A DNA stretch of 64,000 nt, taken from the NCBI GenBank assembly GCA_002441305.1, contig DJVT01000009.1:178766-242765 (forward strand), in the 5' to 3' direction. A program made the position numbers and the translations under genes. The notes beneath the pieces were generated by a model. The model was given only the letters and a program-made list of their open reading frames with translations. It was not told the DNA's origin and did no database searches. Shown piece after piece: positions 9,591-17,297 of the stretch (position 1 is its first letter; the number at the start of each line of letters is the position of its first letter). This stretch comes from Candidatus Omnitrophica bacterium UBA6249 (lineage in GTDB: Bacteria; Omnitrophota; Gorgyraeia; Gygaellales; Profunditerraquicolaceae).

Positions 9591-10511
9591 ATGAAGATAA
9601 GCGTTATCGGTGCGGGCAATGTGGGTAGCTTATCCGCAATGCGCATAGCCGGAGAAGGTCTGGGAGACGTCGTGCTTGTGGATATAGCCGGCGGTCTGGC
9701 GAACGGCAAGGCGATGGATTTGGAGGATGCCCGCCCGTTATTGAAATATAACTATAGCATTAGGGGAAGCGCAGATATCCGGCAGATAGCAGATTCGGAT
9801 ATTATCGTAGTTACCGCAGGGATGGCGCGCAAGCCGGGGATGAGCAGGGAAGAGCTTTTATCCAAGAACGCGATGATCCTGAAAGACATATGTTCGAACA
9901 TAAAGGCCTTGGCGAAGAATGCGATCGTGATCATGGTCACAAACCCTCTGGATATTATGACCCTTTATGCTTTAAGGGTTACGTCTTTCGATCCGGGCAG
10001 GCTGTTTGGAATGGGGATCAGCCTGGACGCAGCGCGTTTTGCCAACCTGATAGCCAAAGAGCTCGGGGTATTGTGTACGGATGTAGAGGCCTCGGTAATC
10101 GGGGCGCATGGAGAAGGAATGATGCCTCTGGTAGAATTTACCAAGGTCAAGGGCGTGCCGCTTGATGAGTTCATGGATGAAGGCAAGTCAGAGCTGCTGG
10201 TCAAGCGCACCATAGGCAGGGGGGCGGAGATAGTTTCTAACCTGGGTACGGGGAGCGCTTTTTTCGCCCCTTCGGCCGCAGTTGCCGCGATAGTCAGAAC
10301 GATAGCCAAAGACGAGAAGCGTGTTATCGGTTTATGTAGTTACCTGAACGGGGAGTACGGCATAAAAGATTGCTGCATAGGGGTTCCCTGCCGGCTGGGG
10401 AAAGACGGTATAGAAAAGATCGTGGAATTGGAAATTTCCCAGGAAGAAAAGTCCAGGCTGAAAGAATCGGCTGCCTCGATAGCGGAGGCGGCGGCAACTT
10501 TGCCGGTTTAA
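9591..10511 (+). CDS. mdh: malate dehydrogenase (LDH-like family)
   Basis: MKISVIGAGNVG Rossmann fold. GMARKPGMSREELL carries the Arg typical of MDH rather than the Gln typical of LDH. Confidence 0.9.
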   Translation: MKISVIGAGNVGSLSAMRIAGEGLGDVVLVDIAGGLANGKAMDLEDARPLLKYNYSIRGSADIRQIADSDIIVVTAGMARKPGMSREELLSKNAMILKDICSNIKALAKNAIVIMVTNPLDIMTLYALRVTSFDPGRLFGMGISLDAARFANLIAKELGVLCTDVEASVIGAHGEGMMPLVEFTKVKGVPLDEFMDEGKSELLVKRTIGRGAEIVSNLGTGSAFFAPSAAVAAIVRTIAKDEKRVIGLCSYLNGEYGIKDCCIGVPCRLGKDGIEKIVELEISQEEKSRLKESAASIAEAAATLPV

Positions 10512-10521
10512 GTTTACGCAT

Positions 10522-11805
10522 ATGTACGATTTAGTCGTTATCGGAGCGGGCTGGGCCGGTTTTAATGCCGCCCTGAAGGCAAAGAAATCAGGATTGAAAG
10601 TCTGCCTTGTTGAACGCGGAGAGATCGGCGGAACATGCCTTAACCGTGGCTGCATACCTACCAAATCATTCATCGCTTCGGCTAAAATTTATTCCCTCAT
10701 AAAAAAGTCGGCTGTTTTTGGCATAGATCCGGGTTCTCCTTTGATTGATTTCAACAGGCTGAAAGAGAGAAAAGAAGGCCTTGTGCGCATTTTGGCTGAA
10801 GGCATGCGCAGCAGGCTCTCCGGAGTGGACTTTGTCCGTGCGGAAGCGAGCATCATTTCAGAAGGCAGACTGGAGATCGGCGGCAGTAGGGTGGACACAA
10901 AGTTTACGCTTATCGCCACGGGAAGCGTTCCTGCCGGGCTGGAAGCCTTGAAGTTCGACGGAGAAAGAGTAATTTCGAGTAACGAAGCGCTGGACCTGGA
11001 TTTTTTGCCCCGCTCCCTCCTGATTATCGGAGGGGGGGTCATCGGATGCGAATTTGCCGGGTTCTTTTCGGCTTTAGGCTCGGATGTCACTATCGCAGAA
11101 AAACTGCCGTCGCTCCTGCCCGGGGAAGACAGGGACATATCGAGGAAGATGGAAACGTTCTTCAAGAAAAAAGGGGTTAAGGTAATTACCGGTACAGACC
11201 CTCTGTCTTCCGACCTTGGCGTTTATGAAAAAATAGTGGTTTGCGTAGGGCGCAGACCGGATACGGCGGGGCTCGGCCTGGATAAGCTCGGAATCAAATT
11301 TTCACGCGGCATAGAAGTGGACGATTTTCTCATGACCGGTCTGAATAACGTGTATGCAGCCGGGGATTGTACGGCAAAACGCATGCTGGCGCATTATGCA
11401 GCTTATCAGGGTGAAACCGCGGTGGAGAATATGCTTTCGGGGAACAAGCGCAGGGCCGCGGCACAGGCGGTCCCGTCCTGCGTTTTTACAGATCCGGAGA
11501 TCGCCAGCGTAGGATTGAGCGAGGAAGCGGCTTCAGTCTCCGGCATACAGGTAAAAGTGCATAAATTCGATTTCCGGGCTTCCGCTATGGCCCGGGTGAG
11601 CGAAGAGGCGGAAGGTTTTATCAAGATTGTTTCCAGGAATGATAGCGGGGAGATACTCGGAGGATGCATAATAGGGCCGCGGGCTACGGAAATGATAGCC
11701 GTATTGACCGTGGCCATATGCGCGGGTATGGATGTTGAACGGATGAGGCAGGTGATTTTTGCGCATCCTACTATTTCCGAATCCCTGCACGAGGCTTTAT
11801 CTTAA
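10522..11805 (+). CDS. lpdA: dihydrolipoyl dehydrogenase-like flavoprotein disulfide reductase
   Basis: GAGWAGFNAA FAD site, redox disulfide GGTCLNRGCIPTK, and C-terminal HAHPTISESLHEA His-Glu motif. At 427 aa it is shorter than typical Lpd. Confidence 0.85.
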   Translation: MYDLVVIGAGWAGFNAALKAKKSGLKVCLVERGEIGGTCLNRGCIPTKSFIASAKIYSLIKKSAVFGIDPGSPLIDFNRLKERKEGLVRILAEGMRSRLSGVDFVRAEASIISEGRLEIGGSRVDTKFTLIATGSVPAGLEALKFDGERVISSNEALDLDFLPRSLLIIGGGVIGCEFAGFFSALGSDVTIAEKLPSLLPGEDRDISRKMETFFKKKGVKVITGTDPLSSDLGVYEKIVVCVGRRPDTAGLGLDKLGIKFSRGIEVDDFLMTGLNNVYAAGDCTAKRMLAHYAAYQGETAVENMLSGNKRRAAAQAVPSCVFTDPEIASVGLSEEAASVSGIQVKVHKFDFRASAMARVSEEAEGFIKIVSRNDSGEILGGCIIGPRATEMIAVLTVAICAGMDVERMRQVIFAHPTISESLHEALS

Positions 11806-11830
11806 GAAAACGGAGTTTCCGGGAGGGAAG

Positions 11831-12067
11831 ATGATAAAGGTAGTTTTGCCTGAATTGGGAGAAGGCATAGTTAAGGCAACCGTTTCTTACTGGTTCGTGA
11901 AAAAAGGGGAAAAGGCGCGCGAGAAGGAGGATCTTGTCGAGCTTGCCACGGATAAAGCTACGTTTAACCTACCGAGCCCGTGCACGGGTATGATCTCGGA
12001 GATAGTTTGCAATGAAGGGGATAGCGCAGGGATTGGAGACGTTCTGGCATTGATTGAAGAAGAATAG
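11831..12067 (+). CDS. free-standing lipoyl-attachment domain protein (78 aa)
   Basis: MIKVVLPELGEGIVKATV...LVELATDKATFNLPSP...GDVLALIEEE is an E2-type lipoyl domain with the DKA lysine. There is no catalytic E2 domain. ATG 11831 follows a GGGAGGG SD. Confidence 0.8.
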   Translation: MIKVVLPELGEGIVKATVSYWFVKKGEKAREKEDLVELATDKATFNLPSPCTGMISEIVCNEGDSAGIGDVLALIEEE

Positions 12068-12106
12068 AAGAGTATTTTGTTTTTCCCTTTTCCGCCGCCC
12101 ACCGCC

Positions 12107-12135
12107 TTGACAAGGGCAGTTTTTTTTAGTATAAA
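12107..12135 (+). promoter_or_regulatory. sigma-70-type promoter candidate (TTGACA-N17-TATAAA)
   Basis: TTGACA 12107-12112, a 17-nt spacer, then TATAAA 12130-12135. It lies about 30 nt upstream of the ATG at 12166 in a 98-nt intergenic gap. Confidence 0.5.
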
Positions 12136-12165
12136 TATTACATATATATACCTAAAAATTGAAAA

Positions 12166-13332
12166 ATGGCTATCGATTATAAAAAAGAATTAGAGAACGC
12201 GGCCAGGAACATGATTTTTGTGCATGATCCAGACCTTCTGATCAAGATGATGGTCCGGATGATGGTTAACAGGGCTAAAATTACCCACGCCAGTTTCTTT
12301 CTTCATGATAAGGCTAAAGAAAGCTATGCCCTTACTGTATCCAAAGGGCACTTGAAGAGCAAGATTCCATTGAGCCTTGTGCGTATCGATAAGGACGATG
12401 TTTTGATCCGTTTCTTCAAGTCCGGGATGAGCACTTCGCTGTTCGGCAGAGAAGCTCTAGTATTGAACGAGGCCAAGGCGGAGCTCAAGAATCCCAGCCT
12501 GAAAAAAGAGACCAAGCAAAAGCTTATCCATGTATTGTATCAGATGGAGCTTTTGGAGTCAGTGGCCTGCATACCGAGCTATTTCCGCGATGAATTGCTT
12601 GGCATACTGCTTTTGGGCAGGAAGCAAAATGGCAGGAAATTCCTGGATGAAGAGTTAGACTTTTTTATAGCCCTTAATTCGAATGTGTCCATGGCGGTGA
12701 GGAACGCGCAGCTTTTCAGGCAACTGGGGCTCGAACTTGAACGCAAGCACCAGTTGTTTGTGCGTACGACAATCGCGCTAGCTGCGGCTATCGAGGCCAA
12801 AGACCACTATACGCATGGCCATACTACCAGGGTTACCAGTTTGAGCCTGGAGATAGCCAGGGGCATTGCCAGGAAAAATAAACGGGATTTCGATTCCGGC
12901 TTCATGGAAAACCTGCATATTGCCAGCCTGTTACACGATATCGGCAAGATCGGGGTTCCGGAATACATCCTGAATAAAAGGGACGCTTTGACTGTCGGGG
13001 AACGCAACCGCATAAAGGAACATCCGATGATCGGGGTAAATATACTAAAGCCGATCAAGGAGCTCGAAGGTTCGATGATGGGGATTAAATGCCATCACGA
13101 ACGTTTTGACGGCAAGGGGTATCCCGATGGGTTAAAAGGGGAACAGATTCCCCTGATTGCCTCCATAATCTCCGTGGCGGATTCATTTGACGCCATGAAT
13201 TCTGACCGGCCCTACCGGCCGGCATTGCCTAAGGAAAAAGCGGTAAACGAAATCAGGAGCTTGAGCGGGCGCCAATTCTGCCCGCACATAGCGGATACTT
13301 TCCTGGAAATCTGCAAGGAAGGCAGAGTCTAA
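12166..13332 (+). CDS. GAF domain / HD-GYP domain protein (c-di-GMP phosphodiesterase family)
   Basis: 388 aa. The C-terminal half has HYTHGHTTRV, LLHDIGKIGVP and HHERFDGKGYPDGL. Confidence 0.85.
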   Translation: MAIDYKKELENAARNMIFVHDPDLLIKMMVRMMVNRAKITHASFFLHDKAKESYALTVSKGHLKSKIPLSLVRIDKDDVLIRFFKSGMSTSLFGREALVLNEAKAELKNPSLKKETKQKLIHVLYQMELLESVACIPSYFRDELLGILLLGRKQNGRKFLDEELDFFIALNSNVSMAVRNAQLFRQLGLELERKHQLFVRTTIALAAAIEAKDHYTHGHTTRVTSLSLEIARGIARKNKRDFDSGFMENLHIASLLHDIGKIGVPEYILNKRDALTVGERNRIKEHPMIGVNILKPIKELEGSMMGIKCHHERFDGKGYPDGLKGEQIPLIASIISVADSFDAMNSDRPYRPALPKEKAVNEIRSLSGRQFCPHIADTFLEICKEGRV

Positions 13333-13340
13333 CTCCAGCC

Positions 13341-14456
13341 ATGCGACCTAAACGCATAATCTTGATGTACATATCGGAAGTCTCGGGGCACCGCAGTGCC
13401 ACAATGGCGGTAGAAAAGGCCATCAAGTCGCTATCCCCGGGGTGCGAGATCATGAATATCAATGCCTTCAATTATACAAATCCCATATCCGAAAAGGTAA
13501 TCAACCGTATTTATATGGAGGTAATCAAGTATACGCCCAAGGTCTGGGATTACCTTTATGATAACCCCAAGGTAGCCAAGGCCCTGGAGAGAATCAAGAA
13601 AAGGGTGCATAAGTCGAACTCTCCCAAATTAAGGAAGTTGTTCGAGGGCTTCAAGCCGGATGTCGTGGTTTGCAGTCAGGCGTTTCCCTGCGGCATGGTC
13701 GCTGATTACAAAAAAGTTTATAACTCCAGCCTGCCCCTGGTAGCGGTGCTTACGGATTACATTCCGCATTCTTACTGGGTGTATGACACGGTGGATTATT
13801 ATATTACGCCTTCCCAGGAGGTGTCCGAACGCCTTGCCAGGAAAGGGATCCCGGCAGCAAAAATAAAATCTTACGGCATACCTTTTGACCATAAGTTCAA
13901 CCAGAAAACGGATAAAGATGAGATTTTCCGCAGGCTGGGAATCGACCCCGAAAAGCCCGTGATATTGATTATGGGCGGAGGGCAGGGGCTTGGCCCGATC
14001 AAGACAATAGTAAGGTCTCTTGAAAGGTCAAAGTACGATATCCAGGAGCTTATCGTTACCGGGACAAACAAGAAATTGTACAGTTCTCTCAAGCGTAAAA
14101 TAAAGGATTACAAAAAGAATATCCATTTATTCGGTTTCGTGCACAATATACATGAATTGATGCAGGTATCTAAAATAATCATATCCAAGCCGGGCGGAGT
14201 GACTACGGCTGAAGTGTTAAGCTCCGGGCTACCCATGGTAATCGTAAAACCCATACCCGGGCAGGAGGCAAATAACACCGATTTCCTGACCAGCAAGGGC
14301 GCGGCAGTCAAGGTCGATGACCCCGAGAAAATATCTTTTGTGATAGATGACTTGCTGGACGAGAAGAACAAACTGGAAAGGCTAAAGGTGTCTGCCGCAG
14401 GGATAGCAAAACCGGAAGCCAGCATGGATATAGCTAAACTCATTCTTAATACGTAA
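13341..14456 (+). CDS. MGDG-synthase-like / GT28-family diacylglycerol glycosyltransferase
   Basis: 371 aa. N-terminal ILMYISEVSGHRSATMAVEKAI resembles the MGDG_synth domain. C-terminal ISKPGGVTTAEVLSSGLPMV...PIPGQEANN is a GT28 C-terminal motif. Confidence 0.75.
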   Translation: MRPKRIILMYISEVSGHRSATMAVEKAIKSLSPGCEIMNINAFNYTNPISEKVINRIYMEVIKYTPKVWDYLYDNPKVAKALERIKKRVHKSNSPKLRKLFEGFKPDVVVCSQAFPCGMVADYKKVYNSSLPLVAVLTDYIPHSYWVYDTVDYYITPSQEVSERLARKGIPAAKIKSYGIPFDHKFNQKTDKDEIFRRLGIDPEKPVILIMGGGQGLGPIKTIVRSLERSKYDIQELIVTGTNKKLYSSLKRKIKDYKKNIHLFGFVHNIHELMQVSKIIISKPGGVTTAEVLSSGLPMVIVKPIPGQEANNTDFLTSKGAAVKVDDPEKISFVIDDLLDEKNKLERLKVSAAGIAKPEASMDIAKLILNT

Positions 14457-14458
14457 AA

Positions 14459-15319
14459 GTGCTGAATTATTACCTCTATCGTTTTGCGCAATCTGTAGCT
14501 TTGGCCCTTCCCATAAAATTGGCTTACGCTCTTGCCGTTTTCCTTGCCGATTTGCATTATTTACTGGCCTTTCGGGACAGGCGGTTTGTGAAGAATAACC
14601 TGAAGGAAATATTCACCGGAGAGAAGAATATACGCCTGGATAAAATAAGCAGGAAAGTCTTCAGGAATTTTGCCAAATACCTTGTTGATTTCTTCCGTTT
14701 TGAAAGGCTTGACAGGCAGTATATAAGCAGGAATATAAAACTGGAGAATGTCGCTTATTTTGACCAGGCATTGGCCAAAGGCAAGGGCGTAATAGTACTG
14801 ACTGCGCATTTGGGCAATTGGGAGCTGGGTGGTGTTGTCCTGGCGCAGCTTGGTTACCCGTTTTGGGCGGTAGCCCTCCCGCACAAGAACAAGGATGTGG
14901 ATAATTTTTTTGTTTCGCAGAGGTCCCGGAAAGGGGTTAACGTCATCCCTGTGGGAAAAGCGGTAAGGAGCTGTATAGCCGCCCTCAGGAAGAACCACTT
15001 GCTTGCTTTGGTGGGGGACAGGGACTTTACAGAAAAAGGACTTATCGCCAGACTTTTCGGCAAGCCGATGCATTTCCCGGAAGGGCCGGCGGCCCTGAGC
15101 CTGCTGACGGGGGCAAGCATTGTCCCGGGTTTTATGCTCAGGAACCCTGATGACAGCTTTACTTTGAGGATCGAGAAAGCGGTTGAGTTTACCCCCTGCG
15201 GGGACAAGAAAAAGGACATGAAGAAGATCATCGAAATCTACGGGGAAATTTTCGAGAGGTATATACGTGCTTACCCGGACCAGTGGTATGTCTTCCGCAG
15301 GTTCTGGGTGGAACAATAA
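14459..15319 (+). CDS. LpxL/HtrB-family lysophospholipid (lipid A-type) acyltransferase
   Basis: 286 aa with an N-terminal hydrophobic anchor and LTAHLGNWELGG (HX4E acyltransferase motif). GTG start. Confidence 0.75.
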   Translation: MLNYYLYRFAQSVALALPIKLAYALAVFLADLHYLLAFRDRRFVKNNLKEIFTGEKNIRLDKISRKVFRNFAKYLVDFFRFERLDRQYISRNIKLENVAYFDQALAKGKGVIVLTAHLGNWELGGVVLAQLGYPFWAVALPHKNKDVDNFFVSQRSRKGVNVIPVGKAVRSCIAALRKNHLLALVGDRDFTEKGLIARLFGKPMHFPEGPAALSLLTGASIVPGFMLRNPDDSFTLRIEKAVEFTPCGDKKKDMKKIIEIYGEIFERYIRAYPDQWYVFRRFWVEQ

Positions 15320-15996
15320 TGAATACTTGTGTTATTATACCAACTTATAATGAGTCGAGAGCGATCGCCGGGCTGGTGGATAACATACGCCGTGCGGGCC
15401 TGGAGGCAATCGTCGTCGATGATGGCTCTACGGATGATACGGTGCAGGCGGCAATCCGGGCGGGTGCCGAAGTCCTGCGTAATTTCTCCAACGCGGGGAA
15501 AGGGGCTTCTCTGGTTAAAGGGTATTCTTTTGCCGTCTCGAGAGGATTCGATATGTTGATCAGCATGGACGGGGACGGGCAGCATTCCGTGGATGACATA
15601 CAAAGTTTTATCTCCAAGGCGGAATCTTCCGACTGTGGGATCATTGCCGGTAACCGCATGGAAAGAACAGGGGGCATGCCCTTGCTGCGTGTCTTTACCA
15701 ACCATTTTATGTCCTGGATGATTTCGCTCGTTACGGGGCAGAGGATACCGGATACCCAATGTGGATTCCGCCTCATAAGAAAAGAAGTTATGCAAAAGAT
15801 AAAACTTTCCACTTCCAAGTACGAGACGGAGTCGGAGATACTGATCGAAGCTGCCCGCGCGGGTTTCAAGATAGAATCCGTATCGATTAAAACCATATAT
15901 TCGGGGCAAAAAAGCCAGATCAATCCCTTTCTCGATACAGTCCGCTTTATGCGCTTCATGCTGGCCCAATTCATGAAAGGTTTCAGGCATGCTTGA
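15319..15996 (+). CDS. family 2 glycosyltransferase (DPM1-like)
   Basis: MNTCVIIPTYNESRAI...VVDDGSTDDT...MDGDGQH. TAATG junction with the upstream gene. Confidence 0.85.
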   Translation: MNTCVIIPTYNESRAIAGLVDNIRRAGLEAIVVDDGSTDDTVQAAIRAGAEVLRNFSNAGKGASLVKGYSFAVSRGFDMLISMDGDGQHSVDDIQSFISKAESSDCGIIAGNRMERTGGMPLLRVFTNHFMSWMISLVTGQRIPDTQCGFRLIRKEVMQKIKLSTSKYETESEILIEAARAGFKIESVSIKTIYSGQKSQINPFLDTVRFMRFMLAQFMKGFRHA

Positions 15997-16486
15997 CTAC
16001 CTTTGGCGTTTGCTGATTGCTCTCCCGCACGATTACGCGGTGATGGCCGTAGCCGCCCTCCCGGTCTCGGAATTAAGAGGGTCGATCCCGTTGGCGCTAT
16101 CGCTGGGGATGGGATTTGCCAGGGCATTTTGGCTCTCGGTCGCAGGCAACTGTCTGATCGTCGCTCCTGCGCTTTTTCTTTTGAAACCGGTTACCGCTTC
16201 CCTGAGGAGGTTCAGGTTTTGTTCCGGATTCTTTGATTGGGTATTTGAACGTACCAGAAGAAAAGCAGACATCATACAGCGCTATGAGGCATTGGGGCTT
16301 TTTTTATTCGTGGCCATACCCTTGCCCGTAACCGGGGCCTGGAGCGGGGTAATCGCGGCATCTCTGTTCAAGATACGTTTCCGTTACGCCTTCTTTTCGA
16401 TAATTGCGGGAATATTTTGTGCCGGGATTGTTGTCCTTTCCTTGTGCGCCCTTGGAATATCCGGCTGGAGGGCGGTGTCGGGATGA
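15989..16486 (+). CDS. small multidrug-export-like membrane protein (COG2426-like)
   Basis: 165 aa with 4-5 hydrophobic segments. PVSELRGSIPLALSLG is the motif I associate with this family. Confidence 0.55.
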   Translation: MLDYLWRLLIALPHDYAVMAVAALPVSELRGSIPLALSLGMGFARAFWLSVAGNCLIVAPALFLLKPVTASLRRFRFCSGFFDWVFERTRRKADIIQRYEALGLFLFVAIPLPVTGAWSGVIAASLFKIRFRYAFFSIIAGIFCAGIVVLSLCALGISGWRAVSG

Positions 16487-16986
16487 TCCATATTTATACG
16501 GGAAACGGGAAAGGTAAAACTACGGCGGCGATCGGCCTGGCCGTTAGGGCGGTGGGCGCCGGGCTGAAAGTCTACATGGCGCAGTTTATCAAGGGCCGCC
16601 CTTACAGCGAGCACCGTACTTTAAGCCGAATAAAGAACATAAAAGTAGAGCAGTTCGGCAGGGATTGCTTCATCAGGAAAGACCCCTGCAGCGAAGATAA
16701 GGTCTTGGCGGAAAAAGGGCTTGAGGCGGTTAGGAGGGCGGTCCGGGAAGGCAAATACCGAATGGTGATTATGGATGAGGTGAATGTCGCCCTGAAATTG
16801 AATTTATTCCGCCTGGAGGATCTCTTGCAGGTGGTTGCCTCAGTTCCCCGGAAGACCGAGCTGGTATTAACCGGGCGCTATGCCCCGGCAAAACTTATAA
16901 AATGCGCCGATTTGGTCAGCAGGATCGACGAGGTCAAACATTATTACAGGAAGGGGGTCAAGGCCAGAAAAGGCGTGGAGTTATGA
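16483..16986 (+). CDS. cobO: cob(I)yrinic acid a,c-diamide adenosyltransferase
   Basis: MIHIYTGNGKGKTTAAIGLAVRAVGAGLKVYMAQFIKG...MDEVN...VLTGR. ATGA overlap sets the start at 16483. Confidence 0.9.
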   Translation: MIHIYTGNGKGKTTAAIGLAVRAVGAGLKVYMAQFIKGRPYSEHRTLSRIKNIKVEQFGRDCFIRKDPCSEDKVLAEKGLEAVRRAVREGKYRMVIMDEVNVALKLNLFRLEDLLQVVASVPRKTELVLTGRYAPAKLIKCADLVSRIDEVKHYYRKGVKARKGVEL

Positions 16987-16999
16987 ATTGTTAATTATG

Positions 17000-17027
17000 T
17001 TGACAAAATCACTCCGGATGGTAAATT
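17000..17027 (+). promoter_or_regulatory. promoter candidate for the riboswitch-led operon (TTGACA-N16-TGgTAAATT)
   Basis: TTGACA 17000-17005, then TG 17019-17020 plus TAAATT 17022-17027 (extended -10-like). It lies about 15 nt upstream of the aptamer P1. Confidence 0.4.
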
Positions 17028-17043
17028 AATATAATAATTAGAA

Positions 17044-17201
17044 ATACAGGATCAAGGGAAATCCGTAGGCAAGAAATTGTGAATCGGATGCGGTCCCGCC
17101 GCTGTAACCGGGGACGAAAACCATCAGACCACTGTCTGTTTTTTTAGGATGGGAAGGGATGGTCAGTAGTTTGATCCGGGAGCCAGAAGACCTGCCTGTA
17201 T
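17044..17201 (+). ncRNA. cobalamin (AdoCbl-type) riboswitch aptamer 1
   Basis: P1 pairs ATACAGG 17044-17050 with CCTGTAT 17195-17201. Conserved elements are AAGGGAA 17054-17060, GGTCCCGCCGCTGTAACCGGGG, the B12 box AGACCACTG 17126-17134, GGGAAGG, and GAGCCAGAAGACCTGCC. Confidence 0.85.
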
Positions 17202-17249
17202 ATGCGGAAAATGATTTCCTCGCGGAAGGATTAAGTAAATCAGGGTGCT

Positions 17250-17280
17250 ATCCTTAGGCTTTTTGCTTAAGGATTTTTTT
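17250..17280 (+). terminator. intrinsic terminator (riboswitch 1 expression platform)
   Basis: ATCCTTAGGC 17250-17259 pairs with GCTTAAGGAT 17265-17274 (10 bp, one G-U) around a TTTTT loop. A T6 run follows at 17275-17280. Confidence 0.8.
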
Positions 17281-17297
17281 GTTTCACGGGGGCGTAG

